From the NCBI GenBank assembly GCA_051942205.1, contig JAVECO010000037.1, forward strand, positions 1 to 64,000: a stretch of DNA of 64,000 nucleotides, given 5' to 3'. Position numbers and translations under genes: made by a program. This stretch comes from Coniocarpon cinnabarinum (lineage: Eukaryota). Under the pieces are notes generated by a model. It saw only the letters and a list, made by a program, of their open reading frames with translations. It did not search any database and was not told where the DNA came from. Within the stretch, counting starts at the first letter, position 1, and every line of letters begins with the position of its first letter. Shown piece after piece: positions 48,001 through 58,336 of this stretch.

Positions 48001-48745
48001 CTAGTCCCGTGACATCAACTGCATGAACTCTTTGACTGCACAAGCATTAGCCTCTCGCAGGTAGAAGAAGTCAGAACAAGCTTACAATCAATAGTGCCAG
48101 ACTTGTCCAGGTCGACTTCACGCATCATCTCGTCTAGCTCTTCTTCGGTGATGTTCTCGCCCAGCGAGCGCATTACCTCGCGCACTTCTGCCTTGCTCAG
48201 AGTGCCACTCCCGTCCTTATCGAACACTTTGAAGGCTTGACGCATCTCCTCTTCGAAGCTCACGGGCTGCACCTTCCTCGACATCAGATGTACAAACTCT
48301 GCGTGATGTTAGCTGTAGACTGGCGGCATACCGCTGGGGCTGACCTGCCATTAAAGTCAATGGATCCATTGCCATCGCGATCAGCCTCGCGGACTAGGTC
48401 GTGCAGCTCCTCTTCGGTCGGGTCGAGGCTCAAAGAGCGCATCACAGTGCCGAGCTCTTTGGCGTCAATGGTGCCTTTGACCGAGATAGCAGTAGGTCAG
48501 TCCTCGTGCACTCAAGACGAGCTTTGGCAGCCGCATCGTGTTAGAATAGCCTACCGCTACCATCTTTATCCTGTCACCAAGTAAGATGAATTGTGTTCTT
48601 GACTAGATCCGCGTGCTCCACGCTTAGAACTTACAAAAAGTGTGAAGACCTTCCTAAAGTCGTCGACTTGTTGCTGAGTAAAACCGGCCTTCAGAGAGTC
48701 AGTACCTTACCAAAATTCACGGAAGTTGTACGTTACACGTACCAT
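48001..48745 (-). CDS. Divergent calmodulin-like protein with 4 EF-hands, 6 exons
   Basis: [86 protein letters not shown]. Confidence 0.88.
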
Positions 48746-49195
48746 GGCTCGATCTTCGCAACCTTTTCAACTAGATTGTGTTCTACAAAAAGAAATTGAA
48801 AGCTAGCACGGCTGGTTGCCTCGTCGCGGCACAGCAACCTTGGAGGCTAAAACCCTAACCCTTGCATTGGCGGTATACAAGGCTATCTGTCTACGTGCGT
48901 TATACAGGCTCAACTTCAATGTCCTCCTAAGAAAGTCACAGTTGGCAAATGCAAGACGTAGACTATGACCATGAGTTCCTAATAGTAGGCAACACTAAGC
49001 ACTGAAGTCACTGCAGCATGATGAAGCATCAGGTCGTGTTTGTCCACGCAGTGCTATTCATCTTCCTCAGTAGTCAAATATTTCCTTGTCAAATCATTAT
49101 CAACATGCTAGTCTACAATACAATATGTGCAATGAATCTTGCCTCTTCGCGAAATCTATTTACAGTTTCAATGGGAGGACAAAGCCCCCAAACCA

Positions 49196-52100
49196 TCACA
49201 CATCTAGTCTTCTCAAGGCTTCGACCTGAACTCTTTTCGACCCCAGTCTCACTCGTTGCACGCGCACGGCCCATCGCTCACCCTCTAAAGGAGTCCTGCC
49301 ATCTTCGCTCCCAAAGGCCTGCTCGGTGTCACAGACCACTCCCAACCCTTCCAAGATGAACCCTCTTCGCTGGTTCCCGCTCTTGTTGACGATCGCAGCA
49401 AACTTGCTCTCGGGCGGGTTGAGTACATCTGGACCAGGGCGTCGGGTTGGATTGCGGTAGTAGGGACAGATGGTCTCAGGAGACAAATAGAGAGCCCGAG
49501 CGAAGAGCTGCATGATGTGGTGTTTCTGATGCGAGTACAGAAAGCGCATTTGGCTGCGTTCGGGAAGATGAGTGCGGGCGAGGAGGTGCTGTAATTCACT
49601 GTGTGTAAAGGGAGGGCGAAACACCTTGACTTGTGTAGACGTTGACAAGTCGTGAATGTGCTCCCTAGGCGACGAAGACTCTGCGGGCCCCATTTCGGTT
49701 ATATTCTCAACCGTAGATGATGGCGACATGAACCAGCCAGGACCCATCTCACGCACTTTCAGGCTCTTGCCCGTCTCGAGTTCGTACTTCATCGCAGCAT
49801 CAATTTGCCAAAGGCTGACGAGGTCGTAGTATCGACGAAGTGGGCTCGTGATTTTAGCGTAAGCCTCCAAATCCATGGGAACTTGCCTAATTGGTCGCGT
49901 GCTCAGCTGGCGCAGAGCGAAAGCTGACCTAGTATACTTAAAGAAATTTTGCTCGAAAGGTTCTTTACCAGCTACCATTCGCTGCAAGCGTTGTCGCATA
50001 ATTGGCAGCTGTTTCTCAATACCTTTGGCTGCCGGTGCCGTACCATAAAATACAACGGGAAGATCCCTCTCAGCCGCGTATCTCCCCGCAATGGTATTGG
50101 CAAGGACCATGATTTCCGAGACAAGGAGACTGGCAGGACTCAACCCAGCTGGAACACTGCCAGCCGATGCACTATCTTCGAAATTGACATTCAAAGCCAG
50201 ATCTGGGAATTGGAGGGCATACGACGGCGCTGTCGGCGTTGAGTGTGTAGTACTTGCTGCAGGCTGTAGACGGTGGGCAGGCGTTCTAGGATCACGAGGT
50301 TGATCAGCAACAGTCACGTGAAACCTGTCATCCGTTCTGAAAAATTGTTGATTGACCGGACGCCGTCTGCGAATCTTCTGCGAGATTTCCAAAAGCTGCT
50401 GAAGAAGCGGCTGGTGGTCGTCGCTGATGCCGTGGAATGTCGGAGGTTCCTCTTTTGATGGAGACGACGAGCCCAAAGAAAGATTCTTATTCGCTACCAT
50501 GACTGGAATCGACAACGTGTTTTGATTAGTGTGATTGCCGCCAAAGTACCTGTCTACCTGCTCAGAATGAATGGTATGCACATTGCGAACGAAAGCTGGC
50601 CGGACTCGGTAGTCCACAATCATCGCGTCAGCATCCAGATGCATTGATACAGTGATGACAGGTGCCTTCGACTGTACGCTAAACTTCTTCGACATGAATT
50701 CTGGCATCATGGGTAGTTTCCCCTCAGGCAGGTAGTGTGACGAGTGCTGGTTCTCTGCAAGGCGTGCGAGAACATGATCCTGCGTGATATGCGACGAATA
50801 ATGTGCAACATGGACATGAAGCCAGGCGTGCCCGGGTTCACTTGCATGTGGCTCGAGAGATATGCCGTCGTCGACTTCGGTAGTCGAAGCAGAATCAATG
50901 CAATACACAGGTAGGTCACCCCAATCATGGCGCAGACTATCCATCACATCCTCAAGCTGTGCAGTCTCCTCCACCGACATTCCGGCAGCAAGCTTCTTGT
51001 ATTGATCGTCTATGATATGTTCGAGCGCTTCGTCATGCACAACGAGTTCACGATCTATGGCTTCGGGATTCTCAAACGGCTGAGCGACGCCAATTTCAAC
51101 AAGCAATGTGTGTATTGCGTCAATGTCAATCTCAGTCCGATTTGCTGTAAAGTCCTCGTGGCCTTTTACAGCGCGGACTATGATGGTCGGCAGGCCGACA
51201 AGATGTGGATGGTAGAAGAACGCTCTTCCTGCCGTGTATAGTGACAAGAAATGTATGATGTCTCGATCAGTATCATCGAAGCGTGTCTGAATCATCGCTT
51301 CTGCCTGCTTTGGGTTGTTGAGATATTCTGGCTTGGTGCCAATGATGGCACCCTGTGGTGTATACACACGCATTTGCTTGCTTGCCGCAATAAGCTGTTG
51401 TGCCTTAGAAGCGAACGCGTGGATTGGTTTAGCTTCCGATCGCGTCTGCGAGCTTGCCCGAAGACCTCGAATTTTCAGTGAGGCTTCTTCTTGATACGCT
51501 CTAATCCATTGCGTAACACGCTCGACCGTAGCCACGGATTGTTTCGACTCAACCAAGAGAGTGCGAGACATGACATACGACCGATTAGCAACTTTGAAAC
51601 CAAACTGCGTACGGATGCAAGAGTGGCTAACCGCAAGCAAGACGTGCTCTGGAATGTTGTGCGCCTCAGGCATTGGCAAGCCCAGGACGACTGCGGCAAT
51701 TTCTGACAGGAGCATCGTCTCTGCTTGGGTTGGATGTGCTACGAGATCATGCACATTTCTCAAAACTTCAGAATGCGTCATAAAGGCCTCATGCACAGCA
51801 CTTGAGAACTCATCAAGCTTTTTCAAGACGTGTGCGCCTGCACTTCTGGGAATCACATCATCGAACTCAGTGATCAGGGTTAATTTGTCAATGAAAGGGT
51901 CTTCAGGCAGATGTGCCATTATAGGCGCAAGCTCATTCTCAGTGATTAGGTTGCGGCAATTGAAATGCGCTTGACCGAACATTGACGCAAACAATCGTCC
52001 GAGATGATTGTACATTAATGAATAATTCTGGGTATTCTTCAAGAAGACCGCCAGAGCCGGCTTTCCGCCACCGCCGCCTGGGAGCTCAACGATATCGCCA

Positions 52101-52642
52101 GGACGGAATAGTGATGTAGAAGAATCGCTCCTTTCATAGTCTTCGGACATGCGGTCAAATTCCGGCATAAAAGTGTCATCATCTGCAGCTTCATCGAAAC
52201 CATCCTCCTCTTTCACTTGCAGATCGGAGCGCATGTAGTCTGATTCAGCGTGGCCTAAGGCCACTTGCTGATGTTCCCATTCTGCCACTTCTGTCTCCTC
52301 TGGAGAGAGCTCTGGAGCTTTCCAGAAGCGCAAACGTTCCCGGATACCAATTGGATCTGAGCTCGGCAAGGGAGATGACAGGTCTATTTGCCGAGGTGTT
52401 GGGCTTTCGACAGTGCCTTCACGCGCCGCCGTGAGGCCGTGTAAAGCTCGTCGACAATGATCTCCACGTTCCAGCGACTCTTGCCAGATCCCATTTCGAC
52501 GCGGGGCCTGATGAAGGTGAAAGGCTACGGTGGCATTGGGCGCATACTTCTTGTGGCGAATGTTCTGCGGCAAGATGGTCGCTCGGAGGCGCAATCTAGT
52601 TGCGCGCGTGCAGGCATGGTCAATGGCTCCCTGCTTGATCAT
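49196..52642 (-). CDS. RNase II/RNB exoribonuclease, mitochondrial Cyt-4/Dss1-like
   Basis: RHDWGDLPVYCIDSASTTEVDDGIS catalytic motif, LVSEIMVLAN and YAKITSPLRRYYD; Arg-rich N-terminus. Confidence 0.9.
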   Translation of the reverse strand: MIKQGAIDHACTRATRLRLRATILPQNIRHKKYAPNATVAFHLHQAPRRNGIWQESLERGDHCRRALHGLTAAREGTVESPTPRQIDLSSPLPSSDPIGIRERLRFWKAPELSPEETEVAEWEHQQVALGHAESDYMRSDLQVKEEDGFDEAADDDTFMPEFDRMSEDYERSDSSTSLFRPGDIVELPGGGGGKPALAVFLKNTQNYSLMYNHLGRLFASMFGQAHFNCRNLITENELAPIMAHLPEDPFIDKLTLITEFDDVIPRSAGAHVLKKLDEFSSAVHEAFMTHSEVLRNVHDLVAHPTQAETMLLSEIAAVVLGLPMPEAHNIPEHVLLAVSHSCIRTQFGFKVANRSYVMSRTLLVESKQSVATVERVTQWIRAYQEEASLKIRGLRASSQTRSEAKPIHAFASKAQQLIAASKQMRVYTPQGAIIGTKPEYLNNPKQAEAMIQTRFDDTDRDIIHFLSLYTAGRAFFYHPHLVGLPTIIVRAVKGHEDFTANRTEIDIDAIHTLLVEIGVAQPFENPEAIDRELVVHDEALEHIIDDQYKKLAAGMSVEETAQLEDVMDSLRHDWGDLPVYCIDSASTTEVDDGISLEPHASEPGHAWLHVHVAHYSSHITQDHVLARLAENQHSSHYLPEGKLPMMPEFMSKKFSVQSKAPVITVSMHLDADAMIVDYRVRPAFVRNVHTIHSEQVDRYFGGNHTNQNTLSIPVMVANKNLSLGSSSPSKEEPPTFHGISDDHQPLLQQLLEISQKIRRRRPVNQQFFRTDDRFHVTVADQPRDPRTPAHRLQPAASTTHSTPTAPSYALQFPDLALNVNFEDSASAGSVPAGLSPASLLVSEIMVLANTIAGRYAAERDLPVVFYGTAPAAKGIEKQLPIMRQRLQRMVAGKEPFEQNFFKYTRSAFALRQLSTRPIRQVPMDLEAYAKITSPLRRYYDLVSLWQIDAAMKYELETGKSLKVREMGPGWFMSPSSTVENITEMGPAESSSPREHIHDLSTSTQVKVFRPPFTHSELQHLLARTHLPERSQMRFLYSHQKHHIMQLFARALYLSPETICPYYRNPTRRPGPDVLNPPESKFAAIVNKSGNQRRGFILEGLGVVCDTEQAFGSEDGRTPLEGERWAVRVQRVRLGSKRVQVEALRRLDV

Positions 52643-52896
52643 TAACAAGTGGCACAAGTTGCGAGGAAGATGCAAAGACCGGGCTCGATCGCAAACTTGA
52701 GACGTCACACACCATCACGCACGGGCCACCTTTCTAGCGTTTTACCGATTTCGCGTAGTTTCACCTCCATCAATTCTACCTCCATCCACTCCACTTTATG
52801 TAAACGACTGGTGAGCTTGGGCATTGCGAGCTCTTGCTCATACACACACAAGCCCTCAAGTAAGTATGTTATTCCTTAATCTTCAACATGAGATTA

Positions 52897-52992
52897 GTTC
52901 CTATGATGTGTATCAAATCAATAGCATGTATTAGCCAATGAGCTCGAGAGTTCGATGCGGTGACAATATCTAGACTCCTTGTCTGATGGAAC
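52897..52992 (+). ncRNA. Box C/D snoRNA with two guides, inside 5'-UTR intron 52860-53054
   Basis: Terminal stem GTTCC/GGAAC, C box ATGATGT (52903-52909), D box CTGA (52983-52986). Guide TAGCATGTATTAGC is antisense to conserved 18S GCUAAUACAUGCUA. Guide TAGACTCCTTG is antisense to conserved 25S CAAGGAGUCUA. Confidence 0.85.
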
Positions 52993-53058
52993 GCATTATG
53001 TCAAGAAGATCATTTACGAAAAAAGTATCACACTTTCCGCTGACTTGACTGCAGCGCA

Positions 53059-53337
53059 ATGCCTCGAGAGCGTCCACCGCCTGGTCACTTCAAACTTTTG
53101 TATTTTGCCTCTGCCACAACACATACTAAAAAATCGTCCGATGTATTCAGGGCGCCAACAACTCCCTCAAAACTGTTCGAAATGCTGGAAGAACAGTATC
53201 CGGAAATGGAGAGGAAGGTCTTACAATGTAGCGCTCTCACCATCAACCTCGAGTACGTAGACTTGGATGCCGAGTCTGAGCAAGAGATCAAAGAAGGCGA
53301 CGAAGTAGCGATCATACCGCCTGTCAGCGCCGGTTGA
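53059..53337 (+). CDS. cnxG: Molybdopterin synthase sulfur carrier subunit (MOCS2A/CnxG)
   Basis: ThiS/MoaD fold LLYFASA; C-terminus EGDEVAIIPPVSAG. Confidence 0.9.
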   Translation: MPRERPPPGHFKLLYFASATTHTKKSSDVFRAPTTPSKLFEMLEEQYPEMERKVLQCSALTINLEYVDLDAESEQEIKEGDEVAIIPPVSAG

Positions 53338-53618
53338 ATCTGGCTACATCTTCAAAAGTTCTCGACTATACATTCCGCCAAAAGCCACAAGCAAAAATTT
53401 GTGGCTTGGCTTAAGTGCCTGGTTTACACATGAGGCTGAAGCAAAAGACCCGCGATGGTAATCGTCATCGTCCAGAAAGACAGATTAGAGCGAGCGCGTC
53501 GCCCTAGGCATTGATACCCTGGTACAAGCCGAGCAAGCCTTGTAAAGCAACGGCATGGTGGCAAGAGCTTTCGAAGACTTGCGAGGCACTGATTCACGCT
53601 ACGGCGAGTAATCTTGTC

Positions 53619-54659
53619 TCATGACACCTGCGAAGAATCCTTGATGTAATCCTCCAGCAAAGTCAGGAGTCTTGATCGCTCGTCACTGTTAATCCAGGAG
53701 ATCGAAAATGCGTTTCTTTGCATCTGCGCGAGCTCCTCACGAGTCACATCTGAATGCCTCGCCAAAAGCTCAAGACTTTCATTGATGTAGCCTCGAAAGT
53801 ACGCCGGATCATCCGAGTTTATGGTAACTAGGACACCTCTGCGGGTCAAATCCAGCATTTCCACTGCTTTAAAACCTTTGCAGACTATGTTGTTACTAAG
53901 CGGGCAAAAAGTTAAGCCGATCTGCTGGCGTACAGCCATATCCACGAGGTGCTCATCTTCGATTATATTTTCTCCATGATCAATGCGATCAACGCCAATA
54001 TCTTCAATTGCTTGTCGGATATGTTCGATGCTATTCTTCTGATCCACATCGCAATGCGTGGTGATTTTCCAGCTCGTCTCCTGCCGAACACGTTGAAAGA
54101 TGCCCGCAAATTTGTTGGGCGGGTTGTCTTGTTCGTTGCTATCTAATCCGACTCCGACAATGATGTCTCGGTACGGTGACGCCAGTGCTGCATCGAGGGT
54201 AGCCGTAGCAGATGGTACAGATTCCTCTCGCAAGAAGCACATGATGGCTGTTGCCGACATGTCAAACTCCTTAGAAGCTCTGAGCAACGCCACCCGCATC
54301 CCGGAGAGTATCTCATCAAACGCAACGCCTCTAGAGACATGAGCTTGTGGGTCGAAAAACATCTCTACATGCTTGACATTCTGTTCCCGAGCCTTCTGCA
54401 GGTAGGCCAGGGTGAGATCCTCAAAGTCTCGACTCGTCCGCAAGACAGACATTGCGCCATAATACACGGCGAGGAACGACGGCAAGTCGTGAAAAGGGTA
54501 AGATGTATCCGACGTCGAAGGCGGTAATTGAAGCTCGACGCTGTTTCGCTGAGCAAGCTGCTTCGCCAGCCACGGTTCCAGAGTACCCTCTAGATGCACG
54601 TGGAGCTCGGCCTTGGGGCATCCACGAGCAAAGGCAACAAGCGCGTCTCTGCCAGACAT
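53619..54659 (-). CDS. AAH1: Adenine deaminase (adenosine/AMP deaminase family)
   Basis: PKAELHVHLEGTL, EMFFDPQAH, GLDSNE, RIDHG, CPLSN and TINSDDPAYF motifs. Confidence 0.88.
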   Translation of the reverse strand: MSGRDALVAFARGCPKAELHVHLEGTLEPWLAKQLAQRNSVELQLPPSTSDTSYPFHDLPSFLAVYYGAMSVLRTSRDFEDLTLAYLQKAREQNVKHVEMFFDPQAHVSRGVAFDEILSGMRVALLRASKEFDMSATAIMCFLREESVPSATATLDAALASPYRDIIVGVGLDSNEQDNPPNKFAGIFQRVRQETSWKITTHCDVDQKNSIEHIRQAIEDIGVDRIDHGENIIEDEHLVDMAVRQQIGLTFCPLSNNIVCKGFKAVEMLDLTRRGVLVTINSDDPAYFRGYINESLELLARHSDVTREELAQMQRNAFSISWINSDERSRLLTLLEDYIKDSSQVS

Positions 54660-55866
54660 CGCAGATGATATTAACTTCAGATGGTGGGTCACAGCACACG
54701 ATAGTTACATGCGAGAGCCTTGGAGTCTGGTTTGCCAACAGACATAATGGCATACAGGATTGCCTAGACGGTGCACTTGCAGGAGCTGCAGGAGCTTCCT
54801 TTCGCGATAGTCGCGATAGTAGCTTGCAACAGTTGCAGGCCATCCAGCAGCGAGAATTATAACAAAAAGCCTAACAAAGTTGATGGCATCTATTCTGGGT
54901 CTTCAAAGTCTCAACCAGAATTAGCATTTACGCTGCAAGGTATCAGTTCTGACTGGCAACAATTGTTTCAAATCCTGCGGAGTGCTCCATCATGAGGAAA
55001 TGTTTCTGCGGCTTACGCTCTAGGTTCCGAGCGGATCGTATTTTTGGGTATAACAGTTTCATCCACACAGGCAGACCGTCCCAATCCGCGGCCAGCAGAA
55101 CTTACGCCGATGAAAGCATGGACCCCGAGCTTCAGTAACGCATGCGTTGGGCCACGTTTAGAAATGTAAAACTCTTCCCCAGCTGTTCACTTCGTGCCAG
55201 AATGCCCGATCTGCTGGATATACTTGCTATGTTTTCTTTTCAATTCCAGCTTTCGCACGATTATGATCTCTGTCTTGTGTTTGGGCAAGACTGTCATGAA
55301 ACGTACTGCGATTGTGATTGGTCACATTGTCATGGAGCGCCAGGCGTTTCTCGGCAGCGCTAGATGCGCGCTTGTCAGGGTAGCGTTTCTAATCTTCCAA
55401 CTCGGTTTCGTATTAGCCATTGCTGTCGGCGTCTTTTCCTTCATCTTGACCAGCCAAAGTGGCTGTACCAGTCATCTCTGCGAATACACCTGAGAATGCG
55501 ATCAACGAATGTTTGATCATGCAACGTCAAGTCCGTATTGTTCGCTAGCGAGACATCGTTTCACTATTAGGACCCCCATCTGCAACAGCTCTCGATGCTA
55601 AGATGGAGTGAGCCTTCATCGCAGACGGCAGGAAGCATCTTCAAAGATGATGGATTGGTCCAGGCCTGTCACACAGGCCAGCAACGTTTGCTATTTGACG
55701 GGATGCGACGGGATGCACTATGTCACACTGCATGACCTCAAGCTCAGCAGGGTCAACGACGTGTCATGCGTTTCCCCAAGTGTTTGTTGATTTCACGGCT
55801 TCGTCACTGTCATGAGCGACACATGATACCAGCAGATCGCACACTGGAAAATTCCCTGGCGTCTAA

Positions 55867-58324
55867 TCATACATGTTCGCCTCGCACAGGCGCCTCTGAC
55901 CCACGGACCCGCCGCTGAGCCGGCTGCAAATACCCAGCTCCACATCGTCTCAGCTCTTGCCATGCCCCTTTTTCTTCCGCATCATTAGGCCTTTCACCTC
56001 GGCTACCTTCTTGGCCTTGCAAGAGGTTTTCCTCGCTTTCAAGCTGGTGGACGAGTTCGTCTTCAGCCTGTCCGATCAGAGAAACCTCTTGATGGTTTAC
56101 TTGTCGGTCGCGCTCCAAACTCCGCTGGTAATGGATCCTGGACATGCTCGCCCACGATGGCGTGTCCAAAAAGCCTTGCAAGAGAACGAGGCGTGGCGTG
56201 TGAGATTGTGTTGAGTCCACCATTTCTGAAGTGCCCTTCGTTCCTGGAAATCCGAAGTTGGGCTCGTTGTCTTCACGTGGCTGCTTGCACAACTCCCAAA
56301 CGTCTACTGCATCTGGCGTCACAATTTCTAGAGCTCTCTCTGTCGCGTCTATGCTTTTCACGAACGCTACAGTCACCAGTCTCGATTTGGTTGGGTCAAG
56401 TGGAAGCAGGCGCCGACTCCATTTCTTCGATATAATTGGTAACCCATCAGGTTTCGCCGGATGGACAAGACCTTCAATCCTTCTGGCGAGCCCATTGTCT
56501 TCGATGAGTACCACAGCTGCCAGACTTTCATGTAGCACCGTGCTCCACAGTTCCTCTGACGGCCCACCATCATTCATGTGCAAGGTTGCCAGAACTTCCC
56601 TTCGACTTCTCGCATAATTCAACGAGACGCCTGATTGCATGTTCACTGACTTCGATGTCCACCTTGGTTGGCGACCACGTGATCTAGCATGGAAGAACGA
56701 AAGATATTGCATCGTGCGCAGATCTGCACTTTTGCGACTCATACCTCCATTCGTCTCGCTGTCTAAAGTCTGGAAAAGACGACCATTGGCGGCTGACCGA
56801 AGCGCTGTGGCGGCGTCTTGGCCTGTGGGATCTAGAATCGTTTCGAGACCAAGAGCTATGACGGCAGATGGATCAGCGATTTGTATCAAGGCAAGGAGTG
56901 TCTCCAGTCCCTCGCCATGAATCCAGCCTGGCGTATTGATGATCAGAGGGCTGAGAGGAAACGTGTGCAACAACTTGACGTATTGGTGGAGGAGATCCCG
57001 TGCACAGGCCAGATAGTGCTGGAGGTCTTCTTTGGGGCTTGTCGCCGTAATGCTGTGTGAGCGAAGACTGCGGCAAGGCGCAGACGAGTCGTCGAAGACA
57101 TGAGTGTACGGAGGACCCAGAATCGGCATGCGGATATGTGTGAGTGACACTTGACCTGGCGGTGAAAACTCTGGCTGGCCAGGATCAAGATCCAAATAGC
57201 AAACTGTTGGAGTCGGCAACGAAGACTGCCAAATGTCATCTGTAGCCTGACGAGAAGAGTGCGCAGAGACAAGATTGTTGAGTAGGACGCGTGCGAATGT
57301 GGATTTGCCTGAATTTCTCGGACCGCAGACAAGCACACGTGGGACACCGGAGCGTTCAGTCCGTGAGATCCTCTCAAAAGTCTGAAACCAGGATGGAGGA
57401 GCGACAAGAGGTTGGAGGAAGCGCTTCAGTGGGTCAGCGGCAGTGTGTTGTACGTAGGAGAAGCTTGGGTGGGTCATATGGGAGGTTAACTCTGAAGACA
57501 TTGAGGTATCGTTACTGATGCGGATGAAGAGCGGAGAGACTGATTGAAGCCGATCGAGGCCATTCTTGCGTGAGCTCAAACGAATCGTCGCTTTTTCGAT
57601 ACCTTCGAATGGTGTTGATTGAAGGGCAGGAATTGCATGCGTTGAGAACGCATGAATACAGTACTTTATCGTACTCGTGCGCAGCGTGGCGCCACATACC
57701 GCGACTGCACCGTTCAAGACCTCCAGCACATAGACTCCAAGTAATAGTAGCGTCTCACCAGGTTTCAAATAGATCTTGACAGAGTTTGTGTCGCGAGGAC
57801 CAATGCTGTCTTCAGAGGGTTGCCACGTTGATAGCACCACAGGCGGGTAGATGCTATTAGAGAGTACATTCCTCTTCGTTAAGGTCCGCTGCGGCTTCAA
57901 AGAGGATCCAAGTTCATCATCCGTCCCGATAACATCGAGTTCGGAGACTTGTGACTCCTCATCGTCGATATTGTCCAGAAGCTGGACCTCCTCGTCTTCA
58001 GTGGAGAGATCGCCGTGATCTTGGACCTGCGCATGAGCAGCAGCAAATGCGCTGACTTCAACTTTTGCTTCTGTGATATTTCGTTAGTAGATTGCCATAG
58101 CGCAGCACTGATTTCATAGCTCTATAAAGACGAGGTAATGTTCCATGCACATTCGCTTATAGATGGTACTGGTTGAGTGAAGGTGCGCGCGGATGGGTGA
58201 CGCGAAATTTCGCAAAATACGCGCCCCAACACAACTGTGCGTGCACAGCACTGAACTTACTTTTTCTAACATGCAATTCTCTTTCCACAACAGATAGCTT
58301 TTGCGCTTTCCTCCTCGGCGCCAT
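55867..58324 (-). CDS. GRC3: Polynucleotide 5'-hydroxyl kinase Grc3/Nol9; proposed exon 1 58324-58261, intron 58071-58260
   Basis: CGPRNSGKSTF, LDLDPGQPEF and IINTPGW motifs; N-terminal VSAFAA. The intron GTAAGT..TACTAAC..CAG is in phase 1. Confidence 0.88.
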
Positions 58325-58336
58325 CGATTGCGCGCA

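Noticed and set aside
48848..48863. Telomere-like AACCCTAACCCT
   Set aside because: Only two units; at most a transcription-factor site.
53320..53337. MOCS2A ending SAG rather than GG, suggesting inactivity
   Set aside because: Fungal CnxG proteins commonly end S-x-G, and the terminal Gly is intact.
55203..55840. 11-bp inverted repeat CGATCTGCTGG/CCAGCAGATCG as TIRs
   Set aside because: Short, no TSD, and compatible with chance.
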